In this document: piece after piece, positions 63,207 through 64,000 of the stretch
Numbering within the stretch: the first letter of the stretch is position 1
How the letters are laid out: each line of letters begins with the position of its first letter
Translations under genes and position numbers: made by a program
Notes under the pieces: model-generated
Database searches by the model: none
What the model was told of the DNA's origin: nothing
What the model saw: only the letters and a program-made list of their open reading frames with translations
Assembly (NCBI GenBank): GCA_021432655.1
Contig: MU271411.1
Coordinates: forward strand, 1 to 64,000
Origin: Atractiella rhizophila
Lineage: Eukaryota
Length of the DNA stretch: 64,000 nt
Direction: 5' to 3'

Positions 63207-63523
63207 GTCGTTTGTGCAAGCTGAGGATGGCGAACTTTGCTTTGTACTATAGAGCGAGGTGTGGGTTGTTGCACTTTGTAGTCGAAATAGAGGATGAAAG
63301 AAATGAATAATTAACTATTGCTTTGTTCGACTACAAAGCGCAAGACCCCGCTGAGAAAGGACGAAGCGCTCACCCTAACCGACGAGGATTTGGATAGTAC
63401 GCTCTATAGACTTGGAGGAAGCAAGGGGACGGTGGGTGCGACTTAAAAAGAGGACACGTATGAAGACTGCTCGCGAGTGAGGAGCAGCAGAACTGAGCGT
63501 GAGGCGATGGTCGACTTTGCTTG
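63207..63523 (-). mobile_element. Solo terminal-repeat unit of the YR retroelement family
   Basis: 63211-63375 matches 706-870 and 63441-63523 matches 13945-14026, with no coding region between. Confidence 0.85.
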
Positions 63524-64000
63524 CAAGCAAAGTAAGCGCCTCACGTGCACAAACGCAACTTTCGCTTCTTTGTGCCTCACTTCACTACTTATGGTCTAGT
63601 TAATGCGTTGCAGTTAGCTCGAGACAGGCGCTGTAAGGTGGCAACAGCTGTATGCATTACAATGACAAGGTAGTTGGCAGGTTGAGACTTACGGTGTAAG
63701 CCTACAACAGCAGTGTGCATTGCATAGACGGATAGGTTGACAGAAGCCAACTGGCGTTGTGAGGAGAGTGGATCCGTACACGGATCCACTGCGACAATGT
63801 GCGCAGTCGTCATCGACAGAACGGGGCCGCCTAGCCGAAATTTTGGTCCGTGTCCAGATTTTCAAAATTTGGCCGGACACAGGAGATTTTCAGTTGGCAG
63901 TGTAGATTAGACAGGATCCAATTCATGAAGGAACCGATGCTGACGATGGAGATGGAACGTAGGGAGGGATGGGTCATCTGCTTTGCCGGGCAGATGTCGG

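Overview
Fungal (basidiomycete-type, ~50-nt GT-AG introns) nuclear DNA. Position 1-378 is the end of an aspartate aminotransferase gene. From ~700 to 38,300 lies a transposon graveyard. It holds a DIRS/Ngaro-type tyrosine-recombinase retroelement whose RT is split by a complete 7.3-kb KDZ (Kyakuja-Dileera-Zisupton) DNA transposon (TIRs plus 8-bp TSD) and by a solo LTR. It also holds nine related solo LTRs plus one LTR fragment, gypsy and copia relics, a decayed AcademH-like transposase/RecQ-helicase pair, a hAT element, and an isolated GAL7 gene. From ~39,100 to 60,700 is a gene-dense block: SDH3, pyruvate decarboxylase, two epoxide hydrolases (one fused tail-to-tail to an MSS116-like pseudogene), eIF2B-epsilon with a ~700-aa acidic tail, RPN10, and two diverged paralogs of a membrane-hairpin protein family I do not recognise. 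Three housekeeping genes carry unusually long introns; the RPN10 one looks structured. All family calls are by eye from motifs; no searches were run and exon boundaries are manual estimates.
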